Assembly (NCBI GenBank): GCA_012295275.1 | Contig: CM022666.1 | Location: 806,001 to 870,000 of the forward strand | Length of the DNA: 64,000 nucleotides | Reading direction: 5' to 3' | From: Chrysomallon squamiferum | Lineage: Eukaryota > Animalia > Mollusca | In this document: one piece after another, positions 26,731-40,674 of the stretch | How positions within the stretch are numbered: position 1 is the first letter of the stretch | Layout: the number at the start of each line of letters is the position of its first letter | Translations under genes and position numbers: made by a program | The notes under the pieces: generated by a model | The model's database searches: none | What the model was told of the DNA's origin: nothing | The model's input: only the letters and a program-made list of their open reading frames with translations

Positions 26731-27807
26731 TGTTATTTCATTGATTAGTCCACTTTATCAAAAATTAACAACCAAAATAAAATAAAATAAAATAAAATAA
26801 AATAATGTATTAAGGACTATTGTACAACAATGTTTTACTTTGTTAAATTAACAACAGTAAGAGCTTACGTCATTTAACACAGCACTTTGTGGGAGGTCAC
26901 ATGGTTACACCACTGAAGTTGCAAGATCAACCCAGATTAGCATATATTAGATCATATCCAATTCTAGCCAGTGTTCTAAATGGTTTTACAAAGATAGTGA
27001 GTGCTACATGCACTATACAAATATGCTTTTTCCCATTACACAGGATGCTCCAAATACAGTTTACTGAACATTGTCAAATGTCCATACTTCCTTTCCTGTG
27101 TAGCAGAAACATTAAAAGCCTGCCCATCTCTCTCTTTCTTTCTCTCTCTCTCTCTCTCTCTTTATGTACATACACACACACACACACACACATACACACC
27201 CACACACACACTATATATAGATATATATAATGATATATATATATATATATATATAGATTCATATATATATAGATATAATGATATATATATATATATATTA
27301 AATAAAAGAACTGTATGATTGACAGCAATTAAGTGTTGATATTAAAATATGTCGAGGTGTTATTAAACATTTAGAGACCACACAAAACCTGTTATTACTT
27401 TATAAATAAAACACCTGTCACCTGTTTTACAAACACGTTTGTACTTATCATCCTGTTTTCATAAATATATACACAAAAAAGAAAATGTGGAAAATAATTT
27501 TAAAAGAGGATCTAAATAATTATTAAAAATAAATCAAATGTCATTTATAAGTTTATACACTAATAAAAAATAATATAAAAAGGAGAAGAAAAGAAGAAAA
27601 AAACACCTCTTCTGTTTTAAGTAATGAAACATGAGTAATATGCAATGACATCTTTGTTGTGGTTATTTTACATAAAAATACATTTTCATCAGAAAAAAAA
27701 AACCCAATAAAAAATAACTGAAAATAATACAATTTTATTAAAAGCCTAAAACTGGCACAACAGTTTTGAAAAATACTTGTTTTTAAATTCAAGCTGATAA
27801 ATAATTT

Positions 27808-27838
<31 letters not shown>

Positions 27839-28429
27839 TTATGATTATTATTATTTTTATTGATATTATTATTTATTTTATTTTTCATAAACTTCAATCA
27901 AGGTGGTCTTCTGTTCAACAAATATTTAATCATTAGTTTACATTTAACAAAAATCTCAAACGTTCACACTTAAGTGAAGAAACCAACTTCAAATAATCAA
28001 AACGAGAAACTGCAATCACCTGAAATGACAGAGAGGTTGCAACCTCTGAGAGTTGCAAACTGGACTGAATCTGTGCTGCATTTTACAAGCCTCACAGATG
28101 TGAAAATGTGAAAAGCAGACACAAGTTTTTATCTGAATCATTGGGGAGAGAAAAGAAGCCAAAGCCTGGGATCTGCTGCTTTCAGTTGAGATTCTGTCAT
28201 TCACAGGTGACTCTGGTAATTTAGTGTGAATAGCAAATCATAAACAAAAACTCTTTCTGCGGGACATTCGGACAGACAGAGCTATCTGACTGCAGGGTTC
28301 TTCACAAAGATCTCAGAGCTCAGACTCATAACTGACTCAGAACTCAGAGGATGTTGAGTATACTAGTGCCAATTAGAGAAATCAGATGGAGCCAGATTTT
28401 CACAGGAAATGTGTCAGAATGTGAGGCAC

Positions 28430-29720
28430 TAACATGCGTTAACTGAATCTGAAAAACAGCTTGTAACACTTCTGTTCAGTAACTCAGCCACAAAGAGGTT
28501 TTTAGCTTAAAATACTGAGATCTCAGTTTTAAATAGGGGCTTAATAACACTGCTTATAAAATACCAGAAGTGGAAAATCTGTGATATCAACATGCTTTAA
28601 ATTAATCTAAAAAAACAGGTAATGTAGTTATGTACAATAATTTACTCAAAAAAAAGTTTTTTTTAGCTTCAAATATTGAGCTCTGTATTTTAAAAAAGTG
28701 GCTTGTTAATACTGCTTATAAAATATTAGAAATTGAAAATATCCAGTTCTTGATATCAACATGCTTTAAATTAATCTGAAAAAAAACCACACAGCTAATG
28801 TACAATAATTTACTCAACAAAAATATTTTAATATTAACTTCCTATTAAGATCTGTATTTTAAATTGTGGCTTAGTAATGGTGCTTATAAAACATTCAGGA
28901 GGTGCTAACGCAGAAGATATCTGTTTTTATGATTTCAACAAGCTATAAATTAATCTGTGAAACAGCTTATCTGTAGAACAGCTTATCTGCGAAAAAGATT
29001 TTTATGCTGACAAAACCATAGAGATCCAGGATTTATAGTTTAAAATGTCGCATAAAATATTCAAAATGGATTTTTATGGGAAAGTATCTGGATCTATGAT
29101 AATAACTTTTTTTTTTTTTTTTAAATGAATTAATGGGAAAACATTAAGTGCAAAAACAAGACACAAAATATCAGATTTTTATTTCCAGATTATAGCCAGC
29201 AGTTTATAAAATACTGAAAATGTGTCTTTAGAAGGAAAATGTCCAAATGTAACATTTTACTGTTTAAAAAAAAAAAAAAAAAAAAAGGAAAATCTTGAAA
29301 AAGGCATATGTACAACATTTGTATAGTAAAAAGCAAAACTGAATCAGGATTTACAGTTTAAAGTGTGGCCAGACATCAAAATCTAATACACTAACCTTTT
29401 AAATGAATCTATAGAAAAAAACCCTCATGTAGACAGGAAAAGAAAAAGCCAACAGAATTTACAGCTTAAATTATGGTCAATAAAACCTGGATTTTACACG
29501 AGGAAATATCTGCATTTGTGATTCTAACACATGTTAAATTAATCTGTGAAAAACAGCAGTTTAGTTGTAAAAATAACAACAGAAAAAAAAAAAAAAATCA
29601 CCTTTAATCTGAAACAGTCATAAAATATTCAAAGTAGATTCTTGGCAGACAAAAAAATATCAAGATAACAAAAAAATAACATGCTTTAAACTTATGTTAT
29701 AAAACATTTTTTTTTTTTAA
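28430..29720. repeat. Old degenerate tandem array, ~130-180-bp unit, ~9 copies
   Basis: Anchor aacatgctttaaattaatctgaaaa recurs near 28431, 28588, 28758, 28935, 29103, 29250, 29391, 29524, 29678. Confidence 0.75.
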
Positions 29721-30704
29721 ACTGCAGAAATCTATTCAGGGTCTTTTATAGCAGTAACCAATTTGAAACCAGTTCATTACAAACTGGTTATGGAGCAGTT
29801 TTTGTTGCTTATAAAGTTAGAAAAAAAAAAAATTTCAAGACAAAATGTGTCTGGAAACCAACTCTACTCTACAGCCAGAAGGATGTAAATTTATTTAAAA
29901 TAAAAAATAAAAAAAGAAAGATTTAATCAGCTATTAAATAAGAAAAGTTGAAATGGCATTTTTCTATAAATAATGTTTACGAGGTTTTTAAATGTTGACA
30001 GATATATCTGAGATATCTGTGTGAATTTGGAAAAAAACTGAAATAATTTTAAATCTTTTTTTTTTTATTAATTTGTTGCAAGCTCTGGTTAGACTAGAAA
30101 AAAAAATATATAAAAACATACTGAAAAGATTTATTCACTTCAAGAAATGTTACAGATTTCGTTTTGAAAGAGAATTTGAAAACCGAACCAGGAATAGTTT
30201 AAAATGAATTCATGCACCGTAATGAATATCTCACCGCAGACAACACAAAACTATAAATAAAAAAAATTCCAATAAAGACACAGTCTCTGGAACCTTATCA
30301 GGGCCCCTTGAGTTTGGCAAATGATTTAAGTCAAGTAATTAACATCAACAGGCCATTGTCTTCTCTCAGCCCGAGTTTTGAGTCAATTCTCTTTCAACAC
30401 CTGCTGATTATCATTTCAGTCAGAGAATAATCAATATCTGGTCTGGCAGTCACTTTATATCTCTGTCGGAACTGGAAAATAAACGAGATAAATGAGACCA
30501 TCTCGTAACAGCCAGTTATTACCTCGTTCAACAGCCCACCAAACACCAAACCAGCACGCCGGTTAAGTCACCTTGTTTTAAGTGTGACAGGTACTCGGTT
30601 CGTACCCAGCTCCTTGCTGTTTGTTTTTTTTTTTTTTTCCTCACACATTTTTATTTATATTTATTTAGAATTAACTTATTAATTTAAAAAAAATATTAAA
30701 AAAA

Positions 30705-30710
30705 TGTGTA

Positions 30711-30780
<70 letters not shown>
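30705..30780. repeat. (TG)n(TA)n microsatellite
   Basis: Directly visible. Confidence 0.95.
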
Positions 30781-30784
<4 letters not shown>

Positions 30785-32903
30785 CATGTTTCTTGTTTAA
30801 CTCAAATCTCATGAAAATGATTCAAAATTTAAGTATCTGTAAGACAGAGCTTCATGAATGACTGCAAATAAAATGCTTAATACTTAGTTCCTGCAAAAGA
30901 GTAATTTTAATTATCATACAAATATATTTGTACACATGAAATCACCAGCTAACTGTAGTCTTAAATTATGTACGGAGGGTTTTATTGAGATTCTAAATAA
31001 TGGCAAGAATCAAAAGCATGTAAGCTTGACTAATGTTTCAGAAATCAATATGCAACTTGTAAGAATAATACAGCTTTTTTTTTTTCTTACAGTGCAATAA
31101 AACAGTTCACATTGTGGCTAAGATTTTAAGATGCTAGAGACCAGTATATTCCCTTCTGGTGTTTGTACATCAAAGAACATAATCAGTAGAACTATGAAAT
31201 AAAAGACAACAACTTTGTTCTTTACATTTTTATATCAACAAAATAAAAAAATATAAAATAATAATAATAATAATAATAATAATAATTCTAACAAGTCAAC
31301 AGCAACAAATGAAACATAAAAACAAATTTTAAAAAATTAATTTGCATGTGGATAACTGATTGTGAAACCAGTAAAAAAAAATAAAAAGGAAAAAAAAAAT
31401 ATATAGGAAAAAAAGAAATGGTTTTACAAACAAGCAGTTGCAGTTGTCACATTAAAAGAAATTAATCTGTTTTCAAATGTGTTAGAGGAAGCGGAATTTG
31501 TCTCTAAAGAAAGGGAATCAATTTGTTTAAAAAGTAAGAAAAGCCCACAACAGTAACGCTGCTGCTGTTGTTGTTGCTGGTGTCAGTCAGTTTTAAATAA
31601 ATGAATTTTCAACACAATTCAACACAATTCAACACACATTCTGAACTTTAAAAATGATTAGAAACCTGCTGGCTCTGACAACACTGACTCTTTCTTGCAG
31701 ATTAGCACCAAGTTTTTGCTTTGCTTGTACCCTCCCACAGACAGTAAAATACAATTACCGTTTGCAGTATTGTGTGCACTGGGTGGAACGGGATTTTTAC
31801 AAACAGGTTAATTTACAAGTCACATTAGGGGAAATTAATCTGTCTTAGTGTTACAGAATGCTTCTAAACAGAGAAAATCGGTTTGTATAAAACAACAACA
31901 ACAGAACAGGACAAATTGCTTTTGATTTGTCTGTTAATTCCAAAATAACAACACAGCAATCAACATTTAGAGCTAGCTGAACACAACCTGAACAATCTAC
32001 GTCAAATAAATCATTCTCTGAAATCACATCAACAATTAGTAAAAGTACACAGTGTGACTAATTTAATCTTTAAGTGACTGTAAGATACTGAAAGAACTTT
32101 CACAAGAAACCTAATAAATTCTGTTTTTAATTTTGTGCAAGGGTGTACACAGAATTAAGAAGGGTTCTTTTTGTACACACGTTCCAAGACAAGAAAGGAT
32201 GTATGTTTCGTAACACCACAGAGCAACGTCTAGAACGGGAAATTTAACTGTTTGCAGGTTAGAACTGATTCCGGCAACCATTTTTTTTTTTGGTTCAAAT
32301 CACCACTGTAAATCAAAACTGCTGAATAAACCAGGATGACTGAACTCATCCAGTTTTACAGCTATCTCAACAAACCCTGAACAATAATTTTAAAAAAAAA
32401 ACAATAAAAAAAAAACTTCAAAGCATTTGGCCATAAACCTTCCCTCTGGGTGCACGTACCAAATTCTGCAACACGATACGAAGCCATTATCTGAGTAAAA
32501 TGATACTCAGCAACCGTGCTTCAGTCTGCAGCCAACAGTTTAGCAAAAATGATACCAGGTCATGTGACAGGAAGTGTGTCAACCAAAGGCCTGCACGCTT
32601 CAGTGAGCATGTAATCTGCAGCGAGACAAATTACTGATGCATCACTTGATAACATCAGAAAAACACGGGCTGTTCAAATGTCGAGAGGACACATCAAAGC
32701 AGTTGGCGAATTAGCCCAGAGTGGTGTGTGTCTGCTGCCAGAATGAAACAGAGCAGCTTTAAAAACAATTGATGTTTTGTGTTTTAAAACTTCCAGTGAT
32801 TAATGAATGCAGTGGAAAAAAAAATAAAAAAAAAATAAATAAACAGTGTGTTTTGTTTGAGCTCTGATGTAAATGTTGATAAACATGTGCGGGTAACAGC
32901 ATA

Positions 32904-32947
<44 letters not shown>

Positions 32948-33405
32948 TAATATTTCATCCAGTTTGCATAATATATGTTAATGTTTGTGTGTATATTTAT
33001 ATCTGTGTGTGTGTGTGTATGTGTGTATATATATATATATATCTATATATATATATATACACACACTTTTTTTTAAATGATGCAATGCAGACTATTGCTC
33101 CAGCCCATCCCTCCACACCTAAGGTAAACATAAAAACAAATCGTTCACTCATTAATCATATTTTGAAGTAAACTCTTTACACCAGGTCAAGGTGACATTT
33201 TGAACCAGTTTCCAAGCCCAAGTACAACACAGATTAAAGCATGTTCTTTTTCTTATCTGAAACATCAACAGACTTTTTATCTATAATCCTTTGATGCCGT
33301 GACTTTATGCTAACTGCAACATAAACTTAGCAACATCTAAATTCGTTCAGTACAAGTATTACATATTCTCACTGACTGTGAACTATTTTTCATCAAGTTC
33401 TCAAA

Positions 33406-33740
33406 TGACTAGTCAACACAGTGTGACTTGCTAGTTTTATACCACAAACAGAATTAAATAAGCAAGTTAATAAAATCAGTTGTAGTACATTAATAATGCT
33501 ATTTATAACGTTAACACACTATAAACAAAGATATATGTTATTACTGTTTAATAAGATAACATGTTATATGAAGATGACTGACTAGTCAACACAGTGTGAC
33601 TTGCTAGTTTTATACCACAAGCAAAATCAAATAAGCAAGTTAATAAAGTACATTAATAATGCTATTTATGTAACGTTAACACACTATATACAAAGATATA
33701 TGTTATTACTGTTTAATAAGATAACATGTTATATGAAGAT
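33406..33740. repeat. Near-perfect tandem duplication, ~165-170-bp unit
   Basis: Copies start at 33406 and 33579 (tgactagtcaacacagtgtgac...atgttatatgaagat). Confidence 0.93.
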
Positions 33741-34387
33741 TTAACAAATTGGATAATTATACCAAGGTACAATAAAATCAAAGCACTGTGTGTGTGTGCA
33801 CTGTGTGTGTGTGTGTGTGTGTGTGTGTTTGTAATACAGATGTGAATATTTACACTTATAATGAAGATATGAACAAATGTATATGACTAAGTGAAAAAAA
33901 ATGACGTAATGAATGTTTAACAAAGTAACACTTATTCCAACAACATGAAACATTGTTATGTAATAATATGTGAAACAATGTATTTTCTCATGTTCTAATT
34001 TAACTGTTGATAAACATGTGGTAATATAAAATTGAAAAAATATATATATATAACTTTATAAGAACACTTTTCTAGGACTTTATTTTTTCTTTGTATGCAG
34101 ATATTGCAAAAGAAACAAGAACACACACACAAATAAATTAATCTCTAAATACAGAATAATGCACTTACACCTGAACAGGTAACCAGTTGAAGGTGAAACA
34201 CCCTACCTGTACAGGTGTTTTACCTTTAAGGGATGGGCAGCCACAGGGTTCATTTCACAATTAACATCCAGTCTGTGTCAAAAATAAGTCTTGGGTCACA
34301 ACGTGTTGAATAAATTACAACAAACTGGGTTAAGTCTTGGCTTGGAGGTTCTTTTTTTTGTTTTATTGCATGTATGAAAAATTATCT

Positions 34388-34625
34388 GATACAGGAAACC
34401 TGCTGTCTGTCTATCTGTCTGTCATCATGTTTTTTTGTACAGTCAGCAGAGTACTGATTAAGCAACAAGTGATATTTGTATACAAACATTCTCAGAAAAG
34501 GATAACATCTGATAGACAAATACTTCAGCTTTGGTTTGAATGGGAAATAACTGAAAATATCCACTGAGAAGGATTGATCCCCATTTGTATCACATTTAAT
34601 CTAGAAGTCTCTACCACAGAGCTGT
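34388..34625 (-). mobile_element. Degraded SINE relic
   Basis: ggaaacctgctgtc...gattaagcaacaagtgatattt...ccactgagaaggattgatcc...ctctaccacagagct (reverse complement of a tRNA A-box-like head). Confidence 0.5.
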
Positions 34626-34748
34626 AGTTTAATCATTAAAGATTTAAAAAAAAAAAAAAAATGTATTTGATAAAAAAATAAAAATAATAATAATAAATTA
34701 AGTAAACTTGAGAAAGTAATTTGATCTACTGAACTATTATATTTTAGG

Positions 34749-34764
34749 TATGTATGTATATACA

Positions 34765-34795
<31 letters not shown>

Positions 34796-34839
34796 TTATG
34801 CATGTCTGTGTGTGTGTATGTGTATATATATATATATAT

Positions 34840-34887
<48 letters not shown>

Positions 34888-34953
34888 ATATATATATATA
34901 TATGTATGTATATGTATATATATGTGTGTGTATTTGATATATGTGTGTGTATA

Positions 34954-34988
<35 letters not shown>

Positions 34989-35019
34989 GTATTTAATATA
35001 CATGTGTGTATATATATAT
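34749..35019. repeat. Compound (TA)/(TG)/(TATG) microsatellite
   Basis: Directly visible. Confidence 0.9.
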
Positions 35020-36029
35020 TCACCTGTACATATCCCCCCCATCAGTCTTCACCTGTCAGTTTTGTCTGCACGTATTCATCAAAATGGTGGCCACAGGAAG
35101 GCTGGGCAGTATGTGTGATTTGAACTTGCACACTCTGCCAGCGACCTTTGTCAAATTAAAACCGAGGCGATTAAAAAGCATGGGAAAAGAACCTGACATC
35201 ACTTTCACATAAAACCCACACAGTCGAAATGTCAGAGAGAAGTCACTGAACGGTTTATGTCACATACAAAATCTCCGGGGAAACCAAATTTTTTTAAAAA
35301 TTTTTTTTAAAAGTACTAGCAATATAGATATTCTCTCTCTCTCTTTTTTTTCCTTCTTTCAGAAACATCATGAAAAAAAAAAAATGATGAAAAATGTGGT
35401 ATTCACAAAATGATGCCATTTCCCATCAATTTAGTATAATTTATAAAAAAAATTTAACATGGAGCAGTTACGTAATTTGTTGAAAATGTTGGGTTTTTTG
35501 TGTTGTTTTTTTAATCCTGAAATTGGTTGATTATGAGAAAATAATCTATTTCCCATCATTTTAATGCAATTTATTAGAATTTGAAATCAGAAACATATAA
35601 ATTAAATAACATTTTTTGAGAAGGTAATGCAATTCCCACCACTTTAATTTATTTGAATTAAAAACCTGCAATAAAATAAAATTTAAAAAAAAAAAATATA
35701 TATATATATATATAACAGAAGGTTTCAGTAACTACTATTAAAATACAATGCATGGGAAAATGAATATACTGCTTTTCCCATTCCAAATAACAAGCAAATA
35801 ATTTAACTAGTATTATTATGGTTTTGCTTTCCATTCAGTGGAGAAAAAACTTTTTTTTTTTTTTTTTTTTTTTAAACAAATGCATGTTTTTTTTTTTCTT
35901 GTTTTTCCAGACAAATATCAGAAATCATACACTGTGATTTCAGGAAAAACTCCAGACAGAAAATTTTCCTTTAAAAATATCAACAAACGATTTGAGTGGT
36001 ATCTAGACATGTTTATAGTTATCACAAAA

Positions 36030-36291
36030 CCAGTTGTATATGTTACTTGTATCTGTATAATAATGAAAAAACAAAAACTTTTATGTTATTATGGAACATT
36101 TGAAGGTCAGCAGAAAGGAAGTTTTTCAGACGTACCTTTCCATAAACAGCAAAGCAAACACAATGAATGACCTTCAGTAAAACAGTAACAGACCAGTGGT
36201 GTGGATTATACAGACAGCACAACTGGGCCACTGAAGAGAATTGATCTCACGACCTATCTGATGTGAGACGTGTGGTCCAACCAATGAGCCA
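36030..36291 (-). mobile_element. Degraded SINE relic
   Basis: cagcagaaaggaagttttt...ttccataaacag...gggccactgaagagaattgatctcacgacc...aaccaatgagcca, collinear with the 34388 and 5641 copies. Confidence 0.45.
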
Positions 36292-37590
36292 GTGAGGAAT
36301 CAAGCTCGGTGAAAAATCTATAAATCATTTAGTTCTGGAGAGAATTCTGGGATCTGCTGCCCGAGAAAACTAATCAGTCGTATAAATATTGATAATGGCT
36401 GCACAAACCTTGGAATATGTTCTGCCGTTGTTGTAGTAGTTGTACACCACACAGTATCTGACAAACTCCTATTTCATATCTTTGTGTGTATATATATATA
36501 ATCATAAAAGTTTTAAAAACAGGAAGGCTGGCTTGAGTAACTTGAAATGGTGCAAATAATCAGAATAACCTAAATACATTTTTTATATTTACTGTACATG
36601 ATTGTTTTGTTGCTGATATTCAACCATTAATAACAATAAAGTACGTCATAAAATACAAGATGTATCCTCTACAAAAAAGGTTATATTTTATATGTGTGTG
36701 TGTTATATTTCTGTGAGCTAGAGTTATTGTAAGAAAGAAATAAAGAGTTTATAATACACATATAAGATACTTCAAAAAGCAAAACTGCGAGATTATATAT
36801 ATATACTTCCAACAGAAACACACAACACAACTGTTAAATGAAACAATGAATAAATCAGAAAATGACAGCTTCAAGATTTGATCCTCTCATCTCATCCTCT
36901 TGAAGTGGTCAACATTCTGACTAACTGACATTTCTGATGAATAATGTGAAAATATTTTGTATGCAGATGTAAAATATTTAGTTTCTGTCTTTTAAGACAA
37001 GCAAGAAATCCACTGGCTCTTCAAACAGAATCACCAGCATGTGCTATTTTTTATTAGTTATATCCAAAGACTTGTGTAGCATCAAGATTTTAAATGTTAT
37101 TTTCACAGACTGAATAAAAAATATTTTTAAATCAAATTCAGAGTAATTTTAATGTTTCCACTTGGTGTTTCTAGCCTATAATGTCACACAAAGTGTTATT
37201 TTCAGTGCTTAATCACTTTTTAATGATTTGGACAAATTTGTAACAGATGCTAAGTGTGTATTTAATTGTTCTAATTATTACTCTCTTGCCTGAAGCAACA
37301 GAGAGTTATTGCATCGCAGTATGTTTATTATATATCAGTATGTAACACTTATCAATACATACTGCCATTCAGCTACTGAATGTAATGATTGCCCAGTGCG
37401 GAATTTGTACCAGCTAAAAACAATCATTATATTTAATAACAGTATTATTATTATTAAATAATAGTATATTGTTGCAGAGTAAATTATAGTCTTCAGTTGA
37501 TCTTCTGGTTCTCTTTAATAATAATAAAAATAACTATTATTATACTAATTATAATATTAATACTAATACTAACTATTATTATTACAATAT

Positions 37591-37629
<39 letters not shown>

Positions 37630-37679
37630 GATAAATAATTAGCAATAATATATAACAAATAAATAAATAAATAATTTAA

Positions 37680-38341
37680 ACGTTAAAATAACGTCAAACA
37701 AAATGACAGTGCTATATTATATATATCATTGATACGTTTCTTCCGTTAAGTTTGTGTTCATTCGAGGAATCCGAGACACGTAAAGAACAGCCAGGTGTCA
37801 GATGCAGTAAAAACGAACTTCACCCAGAATTTCTACTGACATCTTCCCCTCCCAGGAAACCTGCAGTCAGTTGCGCCTGTAGCCCGCACGGTTTCACACA
37901 CCAATACTGAGCTTTTGGGGGAAAGAAACAGACACAGAGCCTTGTTCGTTTTGGCTTTCGGGATACTTTCCACAGTGCAGATTATTTCGCGACTAGAAAT
38001 GTATGCCTCATTTTTAAAAAAATGTTTAAAAATTTCACGCTTATTAAAAAAAAACTGAAGTAATGCAAACTTACCCGCTTTTTTTTTTTTCACAGTTCGC
38101 TTCCGTAGCAGATGTATGTATGTTATTGTATAATCCAGCTAATTTGCTAATATCCGTCAAATGAACACAATGCGAAAATCCTTCCAACAAGCCGGAGTCC
38201 TCTTTGTCGACTGGTGCCCGGCCTATTTTTAGATCGCTGCGTCTCCGGTACGGAAGCGCACTGGCGATGTCTGAACCAGTGGCGCGAGTTGGACGGCTGT
38301 TCCGTTCTCCTCCCGGTGTAACAGCGATCATGGAATGCAGT

Positions 38342-38384
<43 letters not shown>

Positions 38385-38520
38385 TGAACAAAACGAATTA
38401 ATAAAAATAACCAGTCAGCCCAGTGCGTTTTTATGTATGATTAATACGCCTTTATAAATATTTCGTTACATTTTTTAATGGAATTAATCAAATAAAATAA
38501 TAAAATAAAACGATTTTATA
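37680..38520. promoter_or_regulatory. CpG-retaining promoter-like island of the second gene
   Basis: Dense CG dinucleotides (e.g. ggcgcgag, gatcgctgcg, gcccgcacgg) surround the first exon, unlike the flanking DNA. Confidence 0.6.
38075..38385 (-). other. First exon of a second, downstream minus-strand gene (coding or 5' UTR; candidate FARP1/2-Cdep orthologue by synteny only)
   Basis: GC/CpG-rich island. Inr-like TCAGTT at 38387-38382, ATG at 38331 with an open frame of 85 codons (MIAVTPGGERNSRPTRATGSD...CEKKKS) running into a perfect CGG|gtaagt donor at 38074. No protein family recognised from the peptide. Confidence 0.6.
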
Positions 38521-39267
38521 AATTAAAATCCAAATTATAAATAACATAATAATCTTTATATTTTTATTTTTTTATTTTTTTTATAAACGATATAAAAATG
38601 ATTCCTTTGTAAAAGATAGCAAAATTAATTAATTAGAATTACTACTACTACTACTAATAATAATAATAATTTTTATATGGATGGTTTTATAATAATAATA
38701 ATAATAATAATAAAACCCTCCATATAATTTATTGAAGGCAGTACTGGAATACTTGGCTTTAAATGCAAAACTGTTTGAGGAAGATGTTCTTTTTTCATTC
38801 TTTCTTACTTTCTTTTTATTTTATTTTTAAATGTGTGTGTTTGTTTTTTATTTACTTCTTTATTCTTTTTATACTTTGGTTTGACTGTGTTTTATTAAAC
38901 AAAATTTCAGCTTCTGTATGTACTTTTAATATATTGTTTAATACTTAATTTTTATTTATTATTTTATTTATTTATTTATTTATTTATTTGTTAAAGTTTT
39001 TAATAACAAGATTATATTTCGTTTCAGGTCTAGAAAATAAATGTAAAATATTTTTCTTTCAAATTTATCTAAAGTGAATCCAGTTTCAGATACTCACATT
39101 TTGTAAAAAGTATTTTGTACGTGGCTGGAAACTCAGTCTGTTGTAGTCATTTGTCTAAACAATTTTTCAATTCCATGTCAAATACATGATCAAAGTTAAT
39201 GATACATTTCATAGACTGTTTTTTTTCTTTTTTTGGTCTGTATGTATTTTTTTTTTTTTTTTTTTTT

Positions 39268-39562
39268 TACCATTTTAAAGATTGCTTCACTTTTAGTTTA
39301 TATATTATAAATTGGTTTATTTTGAATTTAAAGTTTACAGATTGGAACATTTTGATATTTACATTTTATAGACTAGTTGATTTTGAATTTACATTTTATA
39401 GGCTGGTTCATTATAAATTTACATTTTATAGACAGGTTTATTTTGAATTTACATTTTATAGATTGGTTCATATATTACATTTTAAAGACTGGTTCATTTT
39501 GAATTTACATTTAATAAATTGGTTCATTTTGAATTTACATTTTCTAGATTAGCTAATTTTGA
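39268..39562. repeat. ~30-bp minisatellite (ttttgaatttacattttatagactggttca), ~9-10 copies
   Basis: Directly visible. Confidence 0.9.
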
Positions 39563-40674
39563 GCTGATCTACAAAAAGGGATACCATAAACAGACTGAGT
39601 AAATCTGTACAACTCTACTGGAAAGCTCAGTCTTTCATGTATATTTTTCTCTCTTCAAAAGTACGGTCTTCATTGACTATTAGGAGAAATCTATTACAGG
39701 CACACAGGAGGGTAATAATGTACTGTCCTCCCAAGAGAATATTATGTTAGTTTTTAGTCCCTGTAAAAAAAAATAATTACATGTATTTGGCCTCAGACAA
39801 CTACAGATTAGCAGACACATATAGTTTAACGTGTGTGTTTCACTGAGTAAATTATTTCAGTCCCTTTTTGTTTGTTTTTTGGGTTTTTTTTAGTCAAATG
39901 TAGTATGGTTAATGTAATTTGGTGACAATCTAATTAAGTTTTTTGTTTGTTTTAAATTTCTGCACACAAAAAGATACTCAAAAGAAAGACAGAAAAAGGG
40001 AAACATGTCAGTCCTCTTCATTTTACTACTTTATTATTAGCAAAGCCTGGTTGCTACAAGCGAAGTAACAGTTCAGACGTACTGTTGAACAAAACATGTT
40101 TAGGTTCTTTCCTGACATCACCAAAATTTACACTCTACCAGTACAAATGTTTTAAATAAATTTAAAGTGTCTCTCAAATTATAACTCTGACCTTTTGTTG
40201 CTGTCAGGAAGTAACAGAACATTTTTTAATTTCGCTGAACACGGTGGATAAGGTCAGCCTCATTTAATTTGATTTTAATGCTAAATGTAAAGTCAAACAG
40301 GCTTCAAAGTGGAAAGTTGACGGCAACACTGACGTTGTTCCAGTTAGTTTTATTTTCTGTCTCGTGTACATACAAAGTGAAAGAAAAATAAAATTAAAAA
40401 AAGAATAATACTAATATTCTAGTGACTGACTGAAAATAAATAAATAAATAAATAAATAAATAGAACAAAAAATAATAAAAAATAAAAATTTACAATTTCA
40501 TTGCTGTATTTGCCCCAAAATACCAATATTCTGACTCTTAACTACAAAAAATAAATTAAAAAACTGACAATTTCCCTACCTGATTTGCCATAGATACTGT
40601 TATTCTAAACTTGAATTTAAAACAAAAATAACATACCAAATCTACAATATCACTGCTTTATCCATATTAAGAAA

